From Octopus vulgaris (lineage: Eukaryota), in NCBI GenBank assembly GCA_951406725.2, contig OX597814.1, forward strand, positions 90,520,001 through 90,584,000: a stretch of 64,000 bases of DNA, given 5' to 3'. Shown here piece after piece: positions 12,395 through 28,427 of the stretch. Made by a program: the position numbers and the translations under genes. The stretch's first letter is position 1. Every line of letters starts with the position of its first letter. The notes below the pieces were generated by a model. It was not told where the DNA came from. It saw only the letters and a list, made by a program, of their open reading frames with translations, and did not search any database.

Positions 12395-13111
12395 AACAAC
12401 ATTATTAAGAGATAGAGATATATTCGTATTAGTTATCAGACCATTTCCTGTGGGTTTTCTGTTTACATTGTTATCGACCGGTTCAATATTACCTTGCAAT
12501 TATAGAAATAATATAATTATATTTGAATATCACTCCATTGTTTAACATTTGCGATAGAAACTTGATAGCGTTTTGATTAAGAACTTTATTACGAGATAAG
12601 AAAACGCCTCCTGTCAACAAAACAATGTGATGTCGTTTTAGTTAACATTATCTGTTGTTTATATCTCCACATATGTCTTAATCTATTAGACATCTGATCA
12701 CAGACATTACAGCAGCACCCACACGTCATTTTCCCTTGTGCAAGGAGCCAAAGTCCACATTAAGCAACAAGTAGATATTTGGGAAATTTGTCTGCTCCAT
12801 GTAACAAAAGACGCTGCTATATAATGACTAAACTTCTGGAAAAATGAGTCAATTATTAAATTTTCTAATTTAAATGTTCCAATATCTTAATAACGTAAAT
12901 AAATCTAAGAACAACTCACCAGTATAGCTAAACAACATTAGCTTAAAAGAAAACAAATCTTAGTTTCGTTGCCTTCAGACACGGATCTCAAGGCTAGCAG
13001 TAGGTAGAGCATGGCGTGATATGCAATCTCTAAATATATATCCACAATGTACACTAAGTTCAAAACAGTCTTTGTGTTATTACAATCGTCTTTTCAGAAT
13101 AGACTACCAGA

Positions 13112-13187
13112 CATGTACGTATGCATGTATGCATGTATGTATGTATGTATGTATGTATGTATGTATGTATGTATGTATGTATGTGTG

Positions 13188-13219
<32 letters not shown>

Positions 13220-13270
13220 TGTATGTATGTACGTGTGTATATGTATCTATGTATGTATTTACGTATGTAT
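13112..13270. repeat. (TATG)n microsatellite
   Basis: Seen directly. Confidence 0.95.
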
Positions 13271-13415
13271 GCCTGCATCTGTATCAGTAAGTATGAGGGC
13301 CTCAGTCAATATAGAAGGCTACGTGTTTTGTAAATCTTCTAGCCGTATCTCTCCATTAAACACACAAACACAGACACACAGATACACGCAAACACACACA
13401 TACATACACCATCGC

Positions 13416-13451
<36 letters not shown>

Positions 13452-13626
13452 CTCTTTATACTATTCTATAGTATATATTTTATGTACACACACGCGAGTA
13501 TATATATATACATGTGTATATATATATATATATATATTGGTATTTTTACTTTGGGCTTTGGAGGGGTGTATATGTGTATACATATGTGTGTATACTTACA
13601 TAGAAGATAGAGATATTATTCGTACG

Positions 13627-13679
13627 AGCAGTAACAGCAGCAGCAGCAGTTGTAGTAGTAGTAGTAGTAGTAGTAGTAA

Positions 13680-13745
<66 letters not shown>
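13627..13745. repeat. (AGC)n/(AGT)n microsatellite
   Basis: Seen directly. Confidence 0.95.
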
Positions 13746-15802
13746 GTAATTTGATGTGAGAATTATGCTGAAAGCAAAAAAAATATAATTTTATGAAGCC
13801 ATTAAAAACACTCACTCGCTCTTACATTCACTTTTGCCTTAATATAATAATCGGATAATAATATATAATATCATTAATAAAATAATGCACCAGTTAATGA
13901 AGGTGAATAAAGCTGTCTGTGGAGACACTATCCAAATCTTATGATGAACTGCACAAGTACACACAAACACTACACGCACACACTCACTCATACACACACA
14001 CACACATACACACACAGAGTCTCTCTCTCTCTCTCTCTCTTTCACACTCACACACGTACACACACATACAGGCACAAATATATATAAAAAACAAAATATG
14101 AGAGACATTTTGTAAGATATTTAGTTACATCATCTTACGTGCATTTCACTCACATAAAGTGACTATTAGTTGGATAAGATATATAGCAGAATTAAGATTA
14201 TTGTCAAATCGTCGGAGATATGTAACTTTTTATTCATAGCATTATTAGATTAAACAGATGATGAAATTCAGCATCGATGCCTGCAAGTATACCAGAGAAA
14301 GTAACGTTATGTAGTTTTGTGTATGAGATGAAACTTTTTAGCACTCTAATAATTTTCACCACACTTCAATCAGAAAACAGGAAAGGTACACACGGTATAA
14401 TTGTTACCACAAAAGCTCTTAATGTTATCATTCTAGACCATTTTCTGATGAGCAGTTATATTATGTTCTCATCAGTTGTTTGATTTCCATTAAATTTAAG
14501 CAGTCATAAAAATAACGACGGCTATAAGATGTCTGCTCACATATATATACGTGTGTGTGTGAGTGTGTGTTGGTGTGTGTATATATGCAGATATGTATGT
14601 ATGTACGCATGTATGTATGTATTTTTATACATATATATATATAAATATACATACATACATATATTCTTTTATATAATTATATACATACGTACATGTATAC
14701 GTATACATACATATATATATATAGAGAGAGAGAGGGAGGAAGGGGGGAGAGAGAGAGAGAGAGATCGACGTAATGGGTGGTAACTGAAGTGCTAATATAA
14801 TACATGCTTCCGTTACGTGCATGAAATATTTCTGCCTAACTGGGTTTTAACTTACTTTTATTTGAAGTTGTTACGATAAAAATAGAAAGATTTGGGGATA
14901 TTTTTTCATAAGAATTCGGAAATACTCTTCTTTGATTAAGTAACGTTGTATCTGCTAGAATTGTTATAGATCATTCTATTCTGCGAAGCCTAGCATGTTT
15001 TTTTTTAATATTTCCCATGCATACAAGAAGTGATGCAATGATGCTTCATTGCAGTCTAAAACCGATAACTTTAGGTTTTTCACCCCATAATCTATTCTGC
15101 CACTCCACTGCCCGTAAAGCAACAATAATTTCTGACATATGCACTGGGCCTAACACCGGGTGACGAATTCAGTCAATTAATCTGATTCTGGTTCTGAACT
15201 ACTATATTATGTTATTTTATTTCTTGCAACCAGAAGGTTAATAGTTAACGTGAGACCCCTTTAGAATCTGAACTCGGTAAAATATTTTGTTCGATGTTTT
15301 AATAATTTTGTCATATAATTAATAACATTATAACTATCATCGGGAGGAGTAAGTCTACTGTATTGGCATAAGTACTAAATGATATCTTAGTCAAGTAATA
15401 CCGGATGGACGAAAATTACTATCCACTGCTGAATTTAAACTCAGAATATAAAGTGATAAATCAACTAGAGCAAGGTATTTTTTTTAGCACTACAATAATT
15501 CTCGCCACACCACAGACTTGAAACAATAACGGCAGTATTGATTCTAAGATAGGTACAAGACCTATAATTTTTGGGAAGTAGATTACTCATTAAAAACTAA
15601 TAATCGAATGTTTTATGAATTATAATTATAGATGGACTGGCATTGAAAACCTGCATGTCACTCCCAATTACTGCTTCTTGAAACATAGGTGTTACAATCG
15701 CTCTCCATAATTTCACTAAAACTATTTCTCGTTTCACTTGTTTCTTATCCATAATTTTTTTTTATATTTAAAATTATAAACCAAAAAACGTTTAATTTAA
15801 TC

Positions 15803-15818
15803 TCTTTCTTTCTTTCTC

Positions 15819-15865
<47 letters not shown>
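15803..15865. repeat. (TTTC)n microsatellite
   Basis: Seen directly. Confidence 0.95.
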
Positions 15866-16254
15866 ATTACATATTTAAATATGTGTGTGCGTGTGTATAA
15901 ATATATATAGATAAATATATAGTAAAGAAAAAAAAAATAAGAAGGCTAACAGCAGGCTGTTTCACCTCATACCGAAGGAATTAGAAATGGCAGTCAAAGA
16001 CCGTTTTTCCAATTTCTATTTTTTTTTCTTTACTATATACTGAACCTTACAAAGGTCTTGACAATTAATTTGTCGTATTTACATACCGAAATTTACCGGT
16101 AAATAATTGTTGGTTACATGATAAACCACAGGAAAATTATTTACCATTTTTATTGAATTATTTTATTAGATAAATATATAGATAGATATTTATAAATCTA
16201 TGCTTGTATGAATTGTTACGTATTATGTATCTACTTCTCCATCTCTCTCCCCAT

Positions 16255-16276
16255 ATATATCTATACACACACATAT

Positions 16277-16368
<92 letters not shown>

Positions 16369-16483
16369 GCATGTATGTATGCACACACACACAACAATAT
16401 GTGTGTATATATATGCATGTATGTGTATGCACACACACACAACAATATGTGTGTATATATATGCATTTATGTTATATATATGC

Positions 16484-16535
<52 letters not shown>
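16255..16535. repeat. Compound (CA)n/(TA)n microsatellite with an internal ~50-bp tandem duplication
   Basis: gcacacacacacaacaatatgtgtgtatatatatgcat occurs twice (near 16381 and 16429). Confidence 0.9.
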
Positions 16536-16948
16536 TAAAAACTGATTTAAGGCGTTCTATTTTTTGGTGCCAATATGTAGGAAAGTTTCCTTAACTCCTT
16601 CCAATAATTGCACTGGTCCGTTGATTATAGCGTTTAAATTTTACCTTATTGAAGACCTATCATTCTTCGGCAGCCAATACATAAAACACTAGTTTTCGTT
16701 AATGTTGTTGCTCTGTCTCTCACTTTCTCTCTCTCAAATTATCAGTTATAGACCATTGTAAGTATATAGGGGACAGTTTAAACCGATCCTTTTCTTAAAG
16801 ACTGAACGAACGTTGAACTTGGAGCCAGCTTTAGCTGCTCGTCTCTTAACTCTCCACAGAAATTGTAGTACACTCCAGGTTTACTTGTGTTGTACTAAGG
16901 CGACTGTAGCTGCTTCTTAGTCATTCTTAATAATTATGTACTGCAATG

Positions 16949-17190
16949 ATCGTAACATGAAATTTGTTCGAAGACAATTGTTCGAAAGACAGTTATTCAA
17001 AATATATATCATTTGTGTACTTGATCTTTTATTTTATCATTTCTTTTAAATAAAAGGAAAATTTGGAATAATTAACATTTCGTATAATTTTCCTTTTCAA
17101 TAATTTTCATTCCTACAATTTTTCACTCGAATAAATGTGTTTCGAAAATTGTTTTCGAATAATAGTTTACAAAAAATTATGTTCAGATAA
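16949..17190. mobile_element. Putative decayed MITE with ~15-bp-period subterminal TTCGAA repeats in inverted orientation
   Basis: Left ttgttcgaagacaa-ttgttcgaaagacag-ttattcaaaa; right tcgaataaatgtgt-ttcgaaaattgtt-ttcgaataatag; weak TIR. Confidence 0.45.
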
Positions 17191-18031
17191 TCGAGTCTTG
17201 ATATGAATATTGTTTGTGCATTCTCTTGAGAGAGACAGGATTGGTCAATGCAGAAAGGCCATTGGCTTTCAAGGTTTCCGCTCATTAATTCAGTACAGGT
17301 TCGGTGTGTCATGTCAAACTTTCATGTGGATGGTGCAAGTATAGGGAAAGTTAGGGAACAATAGAGGCTTGAATCATCAGTGTAAGTGCGAGGAATGTTG
17401 TAAGTGACAGCATGTATGATATTGATGTATAAATAAGAGAAAGAGATAGATATAGAGATAGAGAGATAGAGTGGGAGAGAGAGATGGCGAGGGAGGAATA
17501 GAGGGACGGAGAAAATTCGAACCTGTAAAAAATGCTACATATCTGCAAACTGATTTAAGGAAAAGGTGGAGGGGAGATCAATGGTCAAGCATGTAAACGC
17601 ACTCACACAAAAGATATTTTGAATTACAAAACGGTAAACCTGTTATTTGGAGCTGGAAGTATTAGATAAATCTATTTGAAGATTCATCCACGAAGAAGTT
17701 TCTCGAAATGTCGCTCATAATAATGTAAAAATAAATTATTGTGATAATGATCACAACAGAATTTCAGCTCTTGTTGTTTTACACTTTATATCCAATTATT
17801 ATTCTCTGGTCAATAAGCTTTAAATTATAGAACATTGTACTTAGTCATGCGTGCATCAAACATTCTCTAAAAACAATATTAAAGCAATTATAAGAAATCG
17901 ACGTTTCCTCGTTATTAATAATGTAATATCAAAGACAGCAAAGTTAAGAAGCGAAAGAATAAGTGCGTGGTGGCAAAAGTAGTATAAGATAAAATTTTAC
18001 ACGTGATTACATGAAACTTAATGAAATCATA

Positions 18032-18102
<71 letters not shown>

Positions 18103-18427
18103 AGACTGTGTAATAATTATAATTATATTATTGTCAGTATTCATCATCAAGGATAAAAAGTCCTTCAGGAGACGTAGGCTCATGTGGCCGGTTTCGTGTA
18201 TTTTGTTGCAGAACCAGCCTTATGGAGAAACCGACGTATATTGCCCAAAGGGAAGGGACGGTGAGCCATCGAATGATTACTAATATATGCTAGATGAGAG
18301 GACTGATGCAGGAATCGAAACACCGGTCATGAGTGCAACACTCTCCCCACTAAGCCTCGTGCCGCCAAGACCACGACGGCAACAAAAACAACGTGCAGTG
18401 TGCTAACGATTCTGCCAGCTCACCGCC

Positions 18428-18612
<185 letters not shown>

Positions 18613-19360
18613 TTAATTGCAACAAGACCAAAGCCTCCCCACCAGAAATTACCAAAAACATGTAATGAAAAGAAATATTACAAGTAACTGCAGAATATGT
18701 GGAGATGGACAAGAAACAATAAATCATATTATCTCTAGCTGCCCAGTCCTGGCTAAGAAGGAATATATTCACAGACATGACAGTGTTGGAACCTACATAC
18801 ATTGGAAGCTATGCCAACATTATGGAATAACAACAGAAAAAAGATGGTATAGGCACACACCAGAAAAGGTCACAGAAAACGAGAAAGCAACCATACTCTG
18901 GGATATGCCGATACACACAGATAGAGAAATTAAGGCCAACAGACCAGATATAGTTGTCAGAGATCATGAAGAAAAAAATGCTTTTTAATTGATGTATCAA
19001 TACCGGCAGATGACAACGTGTCTCTAAAAGAAATGGAGAAACTCTCAAAATACAAAGACCTGGAAATAGAGGTAACTAGAATGTGGAATCTGAAAACAGA
19101 AACAATTCCTATCATAGTAGGTGCATTAGGCATGATAAAAACATATTCAGACAAATACATAACAAAAACACCAGGACTTACAAACACATATAACATACAG
19201 AAAATTGCACTACTAGGCACTGCCCACATCCTACGCAGAACACTTTCCATACAATAACCATCAGAGCATCACAACAAATCACAGCACATACCCAAGGCAC
19301 ACAGAGCTGCGCTCGGTAGTGAAGTGAAAGCACGCTATAAAAATAAAAATAAAACTACTG
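18613..19360 (+). mobile_element. 5'-truncated R4/Dong-clade retrotransposon (CCHC knuckle plus restriction-like endonuclease)
   Basis: QDQSLPTRNY, CRICG..ETINHIISSC, RHD, ILWD, NRPDIVV, FLIDVSIP, EKLSKYKDL, PIIVGALG, QKIALLGTAHILRR; frameshift in the A-run near 18972; ~100-bp 3' UTR runs directly into (AAT)n. Confidence 0.93.
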
Positions 19361-19525
19361 AATAATAATAATAATAATATTAATAATAATAATAATTATA
19401 ATGATAATAATAATAATAATAATATTAATAATAATAGTAATAATAATGATAATAATAATAATAATATTAATAATAATAATAATATTAATAATAATAATAA
19501 TGATAATAATATTAATAATAATGAT

Positions 19526-19590
<65 letters not shown>

Positions 19591-19612
19591 TGATGATAAT
19601 AATAATAAAACT

Positions 19613-19704
<92 letters not shown>

Positions 19705-19765
19705 GAAGAAGAAGAAGAAGAAGAAGAAGGAGAAGAAGAAAGATGATGGTTATGATGATGATGGT
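19361..19765. repeat. Long (AAT)n array followed by (AAG)n/(ATG)n
   Basis: Seen directly. Confidence 0.95.
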
Positions 19766-19984
19766 TTTGATAATGATGCACTCCCGTCGGTTTCGACTTT
19801 GAGTGTTTGAAAGAAAGGATTTAAAACAGAAAAGACAATTAAAAATAAGAAGCTGTTTATATTTAGAATGGAGGTGTTAATCTAAGCTGAAATTAAGTGT
19901 GGATTTTGCTATGAATTCACAGTGGTAACAATGATGATGTTGTCTAGGACTCGACAAATTTGTGTGTTGATTGCAGAATATAAT

Positions 19985-21160
19985 TCTTTTGTTGCTCCGC
20001 TTCTTCAATTCAATTCATTTAGATGTATCATGGTACATTTTACGCCACTCAGATCGATGTAGACAATAATTTTCCAAGATGTTAAATTACGCTGTAGGAA
20101 TTTTAGTGATCGCTTCAGCTTATCTTTATAACTTAGCAGCGATCTTACTTTACTGCAGAATACCTGTACCTGTTGGCTATACGAAAGAATTTTCGGAATG
20201 CGATAATCTTGTTCTCTAATAACATGTTTTGTCCATTTGCACTGAATTCTCAACATGCTTTCGAAGCATGTGATATTACAATTTTCTAACATTTTGGCAT
20301 TTGGAATCTAACCTTGCCATTTTACGTTGCAGATATTCTGCAGACACATATGAAAGTTTTAAAGTTTATATTACTGTAGTGAGGAATTCATGTTTCCGAT
20401 TCATACATTAGTGTGATCAAAATACAAGATTTGTATACCCTTATTCTAGTTTTCACTGTATTAATTCCACAAACGATGGAAGAGTTTCCAAAAGCATTTG
20501 TTGTCTTAGATATTCTATTGTCGATCATCACATTTGAATCTTGAGTATGTCCAGTCTCACTCTTTGATTGGAATGAAGCTTAAGTTTTCTTAATGCTGAT
20601 AGCCCCAAAGCACGAGCTGCCGCAGTAAACCTGTCAAATATTTCGTGAATCGCTACAATTGTATTAGAAATTAATGCACAATCATCAGCGAAGAGAAAAT
20701 CATGTAGAATCTCTTCCCCCGTTTCTTTTATATTCGATTTGAGGCTTGCCCATTCAGGTTTCGTAGACCTCCCTCTGCGCGAAATTGAGATTTTATAACG
20801 ATAAACGTCGCCCTTTTCAAATCTAGCCAGGCTCATAGGCCCGGTTTCCTGGTTTCTGTGGTGTATGTGTTCCCCACAGCTGGATGGAACGGAGGCCAGT
20901 CTATCGCAGCGTAACTCAAGAAACAGTGAGAGAGAGTGAGAGAAAGTTGTTGCAAAAGAGTGCCGGAGCCTCGTAGAGCTTTTAGATGTTTTCGCTCAAT
21001 AAACACACACAACGCCCGGTCTGGGAATCAAAACCGAGATCCTCCGACCGCGTGTCCGCTGCCCTAACCACTGGGCCATTGCGCCTCCACTGAGATTTTA
21101 TACTTTCATTATAATCACTAAAAGCATGTTGGGCTATCATCGAAAAGAATATGGAAAGTG
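19985..21160 (-). mobile_element. Heavily decayed RTE LINE interrupted by a SINE
   Basis: Minus-strand SIFFSM (~21150), LHDFLFADDCAL, KHVIREQDYRIPK, YKDKLKRSLK. Confidence 0.8.
20798..21090 (-). mobile_element. tRNA-derived SINE with 12-bp TSD
   Basis: Minus-strand head ggaggcgcaatggcccagtggttagggcagcgg with A/B-box-like motifs; tgagattttata duplicated at 20786-20797 and 21091-21102. Confidence 0.92.
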
Positions 21161-21987
21161 AAGTAATAATCTTCCTTTCTACTACAGGCAGAATGCCTCA
21201 AATTTTATGGGAGATGGCTGGTTGAGTTCATCGCTTCTAACGCCTGACTCGTATGTATTTCATCGACCTTGAAAGTACAACCGGCACAGTCGACAGCGGC
21301 ACGATTGAACGTGTACCATGCCACAACAGCAGCAGCAACAACAACAACATCAACAATAACATGAAGAAGAAAAGGAAGAAAAGAAAGAAAATCAAAAGGA
21401 GTTTATGAGGTACCCACAAAATAGTGAAAATCTAAACAATGATATATCTCTTCATTTTTAATAGGTTCTGGCAGATTCGAACGAGAAAATTTTATACATC
21501 TGATTGTGTCATTGGAGAACATCTCCCCTCATATGCTATCCATTGTTTTAAGGGAACTTTCCGTCTCTTCCTTAAAAACAACCCCGAATCAATCAATCTC
21601 ACAAGATTACAGGCACTACTACATTGACTCAAAATCCCTTCATAACAATGAGTGATATGTGCCATGAATACATACTGTCTAAGGGGATTAGATGCCTCCA
21701 AGAACGAAATGTAACTACGATCACATATCTACCTTCGAATCCTGCGGAAAGCATTGAGAATGGATAGATACGTAATGGTGCATACACACACATACACACA
21801 GATAAACAAGGATAAAAATCATGTAAATAATAATCAAATGGCCAACATGCCATAAAAACTTGTGACTAAATTATACTGAAATAATAATTATATATAAACC
21901 TTATATAATTATATAAGGGAGAAATACTCTGCTCCAACATATTTTAAGAATACGCGTATATAATTTATATACTTAAATATTATTTTA

Positions 21988-22035
<48 letters not shown>

Positions 22036-22037
<2 letters not shown>

Positions 22038-23080
22038 TCAAGCGACCGTAGACGCGATCTGCCTAATGCTGCTCCGAAAGTCAGTCCCCAGTTAGCTTTA
22101 GTGATAATCCTCAATTTTACATTGTGTATCTTTGCCAACAAAAGCCGTGCAGTTGAAAGGTTTTGCCATCAACAGAGCTGCTTAAGCCTTCAAAATATAA
22201 TGTGGGTGAGTTTCATGAGCACGATACTGCTAGTCATCAAAGCATAACCTGCGTTCAGCAATCGTAGTAGAGAACAACAATATGTCTCCATATAGCTTTG
22301 CTTTCGTCAGGTACACATGCTGTACATTTTTGGCGTCTGCATGGGAAAAAATGTTATTTGTACCATCAAGGCAATCTTGAAGGTACCTCATCATATTTCA
22401 GGTTTAGTTTTCATAGATACGAGTGTTTTCTACCCCTGCCCTGGAAAAGACCTGCTTTGTTGACTTTGAAATATTTGATTATCAGATGATTTTAAGCTTG
22501 TTACATTTGCGCCAGGCTAGTCAACTGCGTATCAAGGCGCCTTTCTGAGAACTAGCAGCACCGAAAAAGAGTTATTTGAAATTACTAATCAACTCGCGCT
22601 GTGTGCCATCTTTCGAACACATTCACAGGTGGCTTTCATCTTCATCGATTTTCATGTACTCAGCTATCTTTGTACTGAAAAACACACACTGTAACTGCCA
22701 CATTTTAAAGGGATGTTAATAAACCATGCGCATTGCATAGATGTTGAACTGAGATCATCAGTAGAGAGAGAGTCAGAGAGGTACTCACTCTGTCTACGTT
22801 TGATAGTTTTGTCTTGGAGAGATGCAATTTTTTTCTTAAGGATATAATCCACTATTATAATAGAAGAAAGAGCAACCATGATTTACTCAATAATTCCTGA
22901 TGTCTTTCGAAGTCCTTTAGCTAAGCCATCTCTGCTTTGAACAAAATTTCATAGGTTTTGGTACATGATGATTATGGCATTCACAATGCCATAAGGGATA
23001 AAAGCTTTACAGGATAAACGAAATGACCTTTTAATTGACACCGTGTCTTTGGAAAAATCCACAAATATAATCCGCTATTA
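22036..23080 (-). mobile_element. Very old RTE-X-like LINE relic
   Basis: Manual minus-strand translation gives IIFVDFSK, GIVNAIIIMY, VQSRDG, IIIVDYIL, TDDL, LAWRKCNKL, LYGD...IAERRLCF in the expected order, with many stops. Confidence 0.7.
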
Positions 23081-24664
23081 ATGAGAGTTACGCTAACTAA
23101 AAATTTTTCAATATAATCTGCTTATAAGTTTTTCCTTCTATAACGGATATATTTCTATTGTTAATGAAACACGTGTATGTGATATACAGAGGCAATTCTA
23201 TTATTTTGTTTTCTTTATTCGCTGTGATTTATATGACTATGGAGATAAATATGAAGGGAATCACAAACTATTGTATTATTCCTCTCCTCAGTTTCTTCAC
23301 TGGATAAAGAAGAATGCGCATGGAATTCTAAATATGATGTATTTGTCAACATATTCAAAACACAATGCATAATTTTATATATGTTAATGAATATATAAAT
23401 ATATATATATATACGTGTAGTGTGTGTGTGTGTGTGCATCTGCGTGTGTATACATACATATTTACACACGTACATCATCTATATATACGTTTATATTTTT
23501 CATGCATGGAGGGGAAAAGAAAATTAAATATTCTAACTTCTACGTCAGTTCATGTTTAAAGCGTATTTTTGATAACTATCGATAGATGTACATATTTCTT
23601 TAAGTTTTCACACACACGCACGCACGCGCACACAATCTCACGTATATATATATCTGTGTATGTGTATATATACATATATACAATACATATGTAGATATAT
23701 AGATATATTAGTATATATGTCCATAACTATCTATCTCTGTGTATATATTTATGTATGTATATATGCGCATATCTATCTATCTCTGTATATATGTATATAT
23801 ATCGTGAATGTATTTCATTGAATTCTGTAAATATCTCCTCACGAATTATGAGTCTAAATTTGTACTTCTATCGATATATCTACCTTTATTACCAAGTTCT
23901 GGAGACAAAAGTAATACTTTGATAATTAGAGCTTAGATTATGTGATGTGTAATCGAAGTTCAGGCCGCCACCAGTTCACTGGTTTTAAGTGTATCTTATC
24001 TCTTTCAACTTGAACATTTTGCTATAGTGATTGACGTGAATTAGTAAGCTATTGTTTAACTACACAGAAGATAAACTATAAAACTCTTTGATAGAACACA
24101 AAATTCTCTTGAGATTTAACTACACACAGAACATTTTCGTTTCCCGACTTTTAGTGACAGTACCTATAGAATTACACACACACACACACACACACGCACA
24201 CACACACACAAACACACACACACATACACACATACATACATACATACATACATACATACATACATACATACATACATACATACATACACACATACATACA
24301 TAAACAATATTGATATAAGCAGACACGAAGACACATAATCGTGTATGTAAGTGAGAGTGTGCGTTTGTATGTGGGTGAGTGTCTGCAATACGCATAAGAA
24401 TAAATTTTTAGCCTTCATAGCGAAAATGTTTCTTTCAGTGAAAATTTTTAGTGTTAGAAACTAGTTTACAGTAAGAATATAGTGAAATGGAAGTGCAGCC
24501 AATAACCCAAAAGACACTTAAAATTAAAGCGAAGTTCGATTATAGAACGAATACGGAACATTATTATTATTTTCTTCGGTCAATAACGATATTTATAGTG
24601 ACATGTATCATTTGAGGCCTTGCCTAGCATGACCACAAAATTAGTTGCAATACGAAGTCATGAA

Positions 24665-24820
24665 GTATACATTTACGCTGATGAAAACCTCACAACTAAA
24701 AACACAACCTTGAATATCTCACCGTTATTGAACTCAGGTTGACTTTATATATATATGAACGGCAACAGGAAACTCAGAGTAACAGGTTTTGTTGAATTTT
24801 CTGCTGCTTTAAAATATATG
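24665..24820 (+). mobile_element. Probable PLE terminal-repeat fragment with hammerhead-like boxes
   Basis: ctgatga (~24678) and gaaactcagagta (~24769) separated by a long insert; sits immediately upstream of a PLE; stems are poorly supported. Confidence 0.35.
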
Positions 24821-24822
24821 CC

Positions 24823-26837
<2,015 letters not shown>

Positions 26838-26847
26838 AATAAAATAG

Positions 26848-27094
26848 ATGCGCTCTTCTAAGGCCTAGACAGGTTCATGGGCCCGGTTTCCCGGTTTCTA
26901 TGGCATATGTGTTCCCCAGCTGGACGGGACGCCAGTCCATCGCAGCGTTACTCATTTTTGCCAGCCGAGTGGACAGGAGCAACGTGAAATGAAGTGCTTT
27001 GTTCAAGAACACCACGCGTCGCCCGGTCCAGGAATCGAAACCACAATCTTACGATCATAATGCTGACACTCCTAACCACTAAGCCATGCGCCTC
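26848..27094 (-). mobile_element. tRNA-derived SINE
   Basis: Minus-strand head gaggcgcatggcttagtggttagg...ggtttcgattcc; tail shared with the SINE at 20798. Confidence 0.88.
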
Positions 27095-27110
27095 TCTCTA
27101 TATATAAATA

Positions 27111-27211
<101 letters not shown>

Positions 27212-28324
27212 TCTACCCACTGTTGCATTCACTCACCCAAGCTATCACGCCTCAATGGGATAGTTAGTGTAATCTTTGACTAAGTATTATATATAAATAG
27301 TCCTTTAGACTATTCTAGCAAGGCCAGTCTATTTGGTAGATCTCATTCAAAATGAAAATGCATACAATTTATAGGAATTATTGCTATGCACAAATTTTCG
27401 ATAGCATCTTATAATTTTACGTTTACGTACGTTTGTAGTTAGCAAAATGTATTTTCTTTTACGAGAACATCATGAACCTATTAGCATTACTGAAGAAAAG
27501 GTCGATCTATGCATTAGAAAACATGTATTGCATAACTTGGAAATACCTTCATGATATTCTTCCTCTACGGATCGTGTCACTTATATCTAACTGTTGCATA
27601 AATGACTGAGATTCAAAACTATTTCAATGTTAGAGTATTTTTCGCTCTAACATATTTTTCATTTATTCCTCGTACCATAATTGGTGGAGGCGGTTCAGTT
27701 TTTAAATTACATACGTCAAGTTATCATTCATACAAAGACAGAGTTCATGAACTATACACTAGAAAAAAAGAAGAAAGACGAATTAAAATAACAAACAACG
27801 AAGAAGGAATCAAATGCAGTAATCGGTAAAAGAAATGAACTATTCAATAATTCAAGAAGTGATGATGTAGAAAGTAGTGAAAATTATCGATGTTCCAGAA
27901 TGCCTTAAGCAAAGTAATGTGGGTTTGAATGAACGTGACAGCTTAATGTAATATGAACTTTTAATCTTTTATCCTCTTACGGGTTACAATTATTGGACAA
28001 AGGCCATGCTGGGGGACTGAATTCATAGGTTTAGTCGATCGTATTAACCCCAGCTATATAATAAGTATCAGTGTTTAGAACAGGCTACACATAGTAAATT
28101 GGCGAACTAACTCGCACAAACCGACATGCGTATGTGCAGACTTACAGAACCAAACACATGCAACCATACATACGATTATATATATATATATATATATATA
28201 CAGAGCTACTTACAAACACACAGACTGACACACACAGAGGCATAAAGACAGACTCACAGATACATACACACATACATGTATGTATGTATGTATATATGTA
28301 TGTATGTATATGTATTAAATGTAC

Positions 28325-28356
<32 letters not shown>

Positions 28357-28427
28357 AGTTGAGTGTTTACATACACACATACATACACACTAACACGTGC
28401 ACACATATATACGGTCGGCTACTGCAT

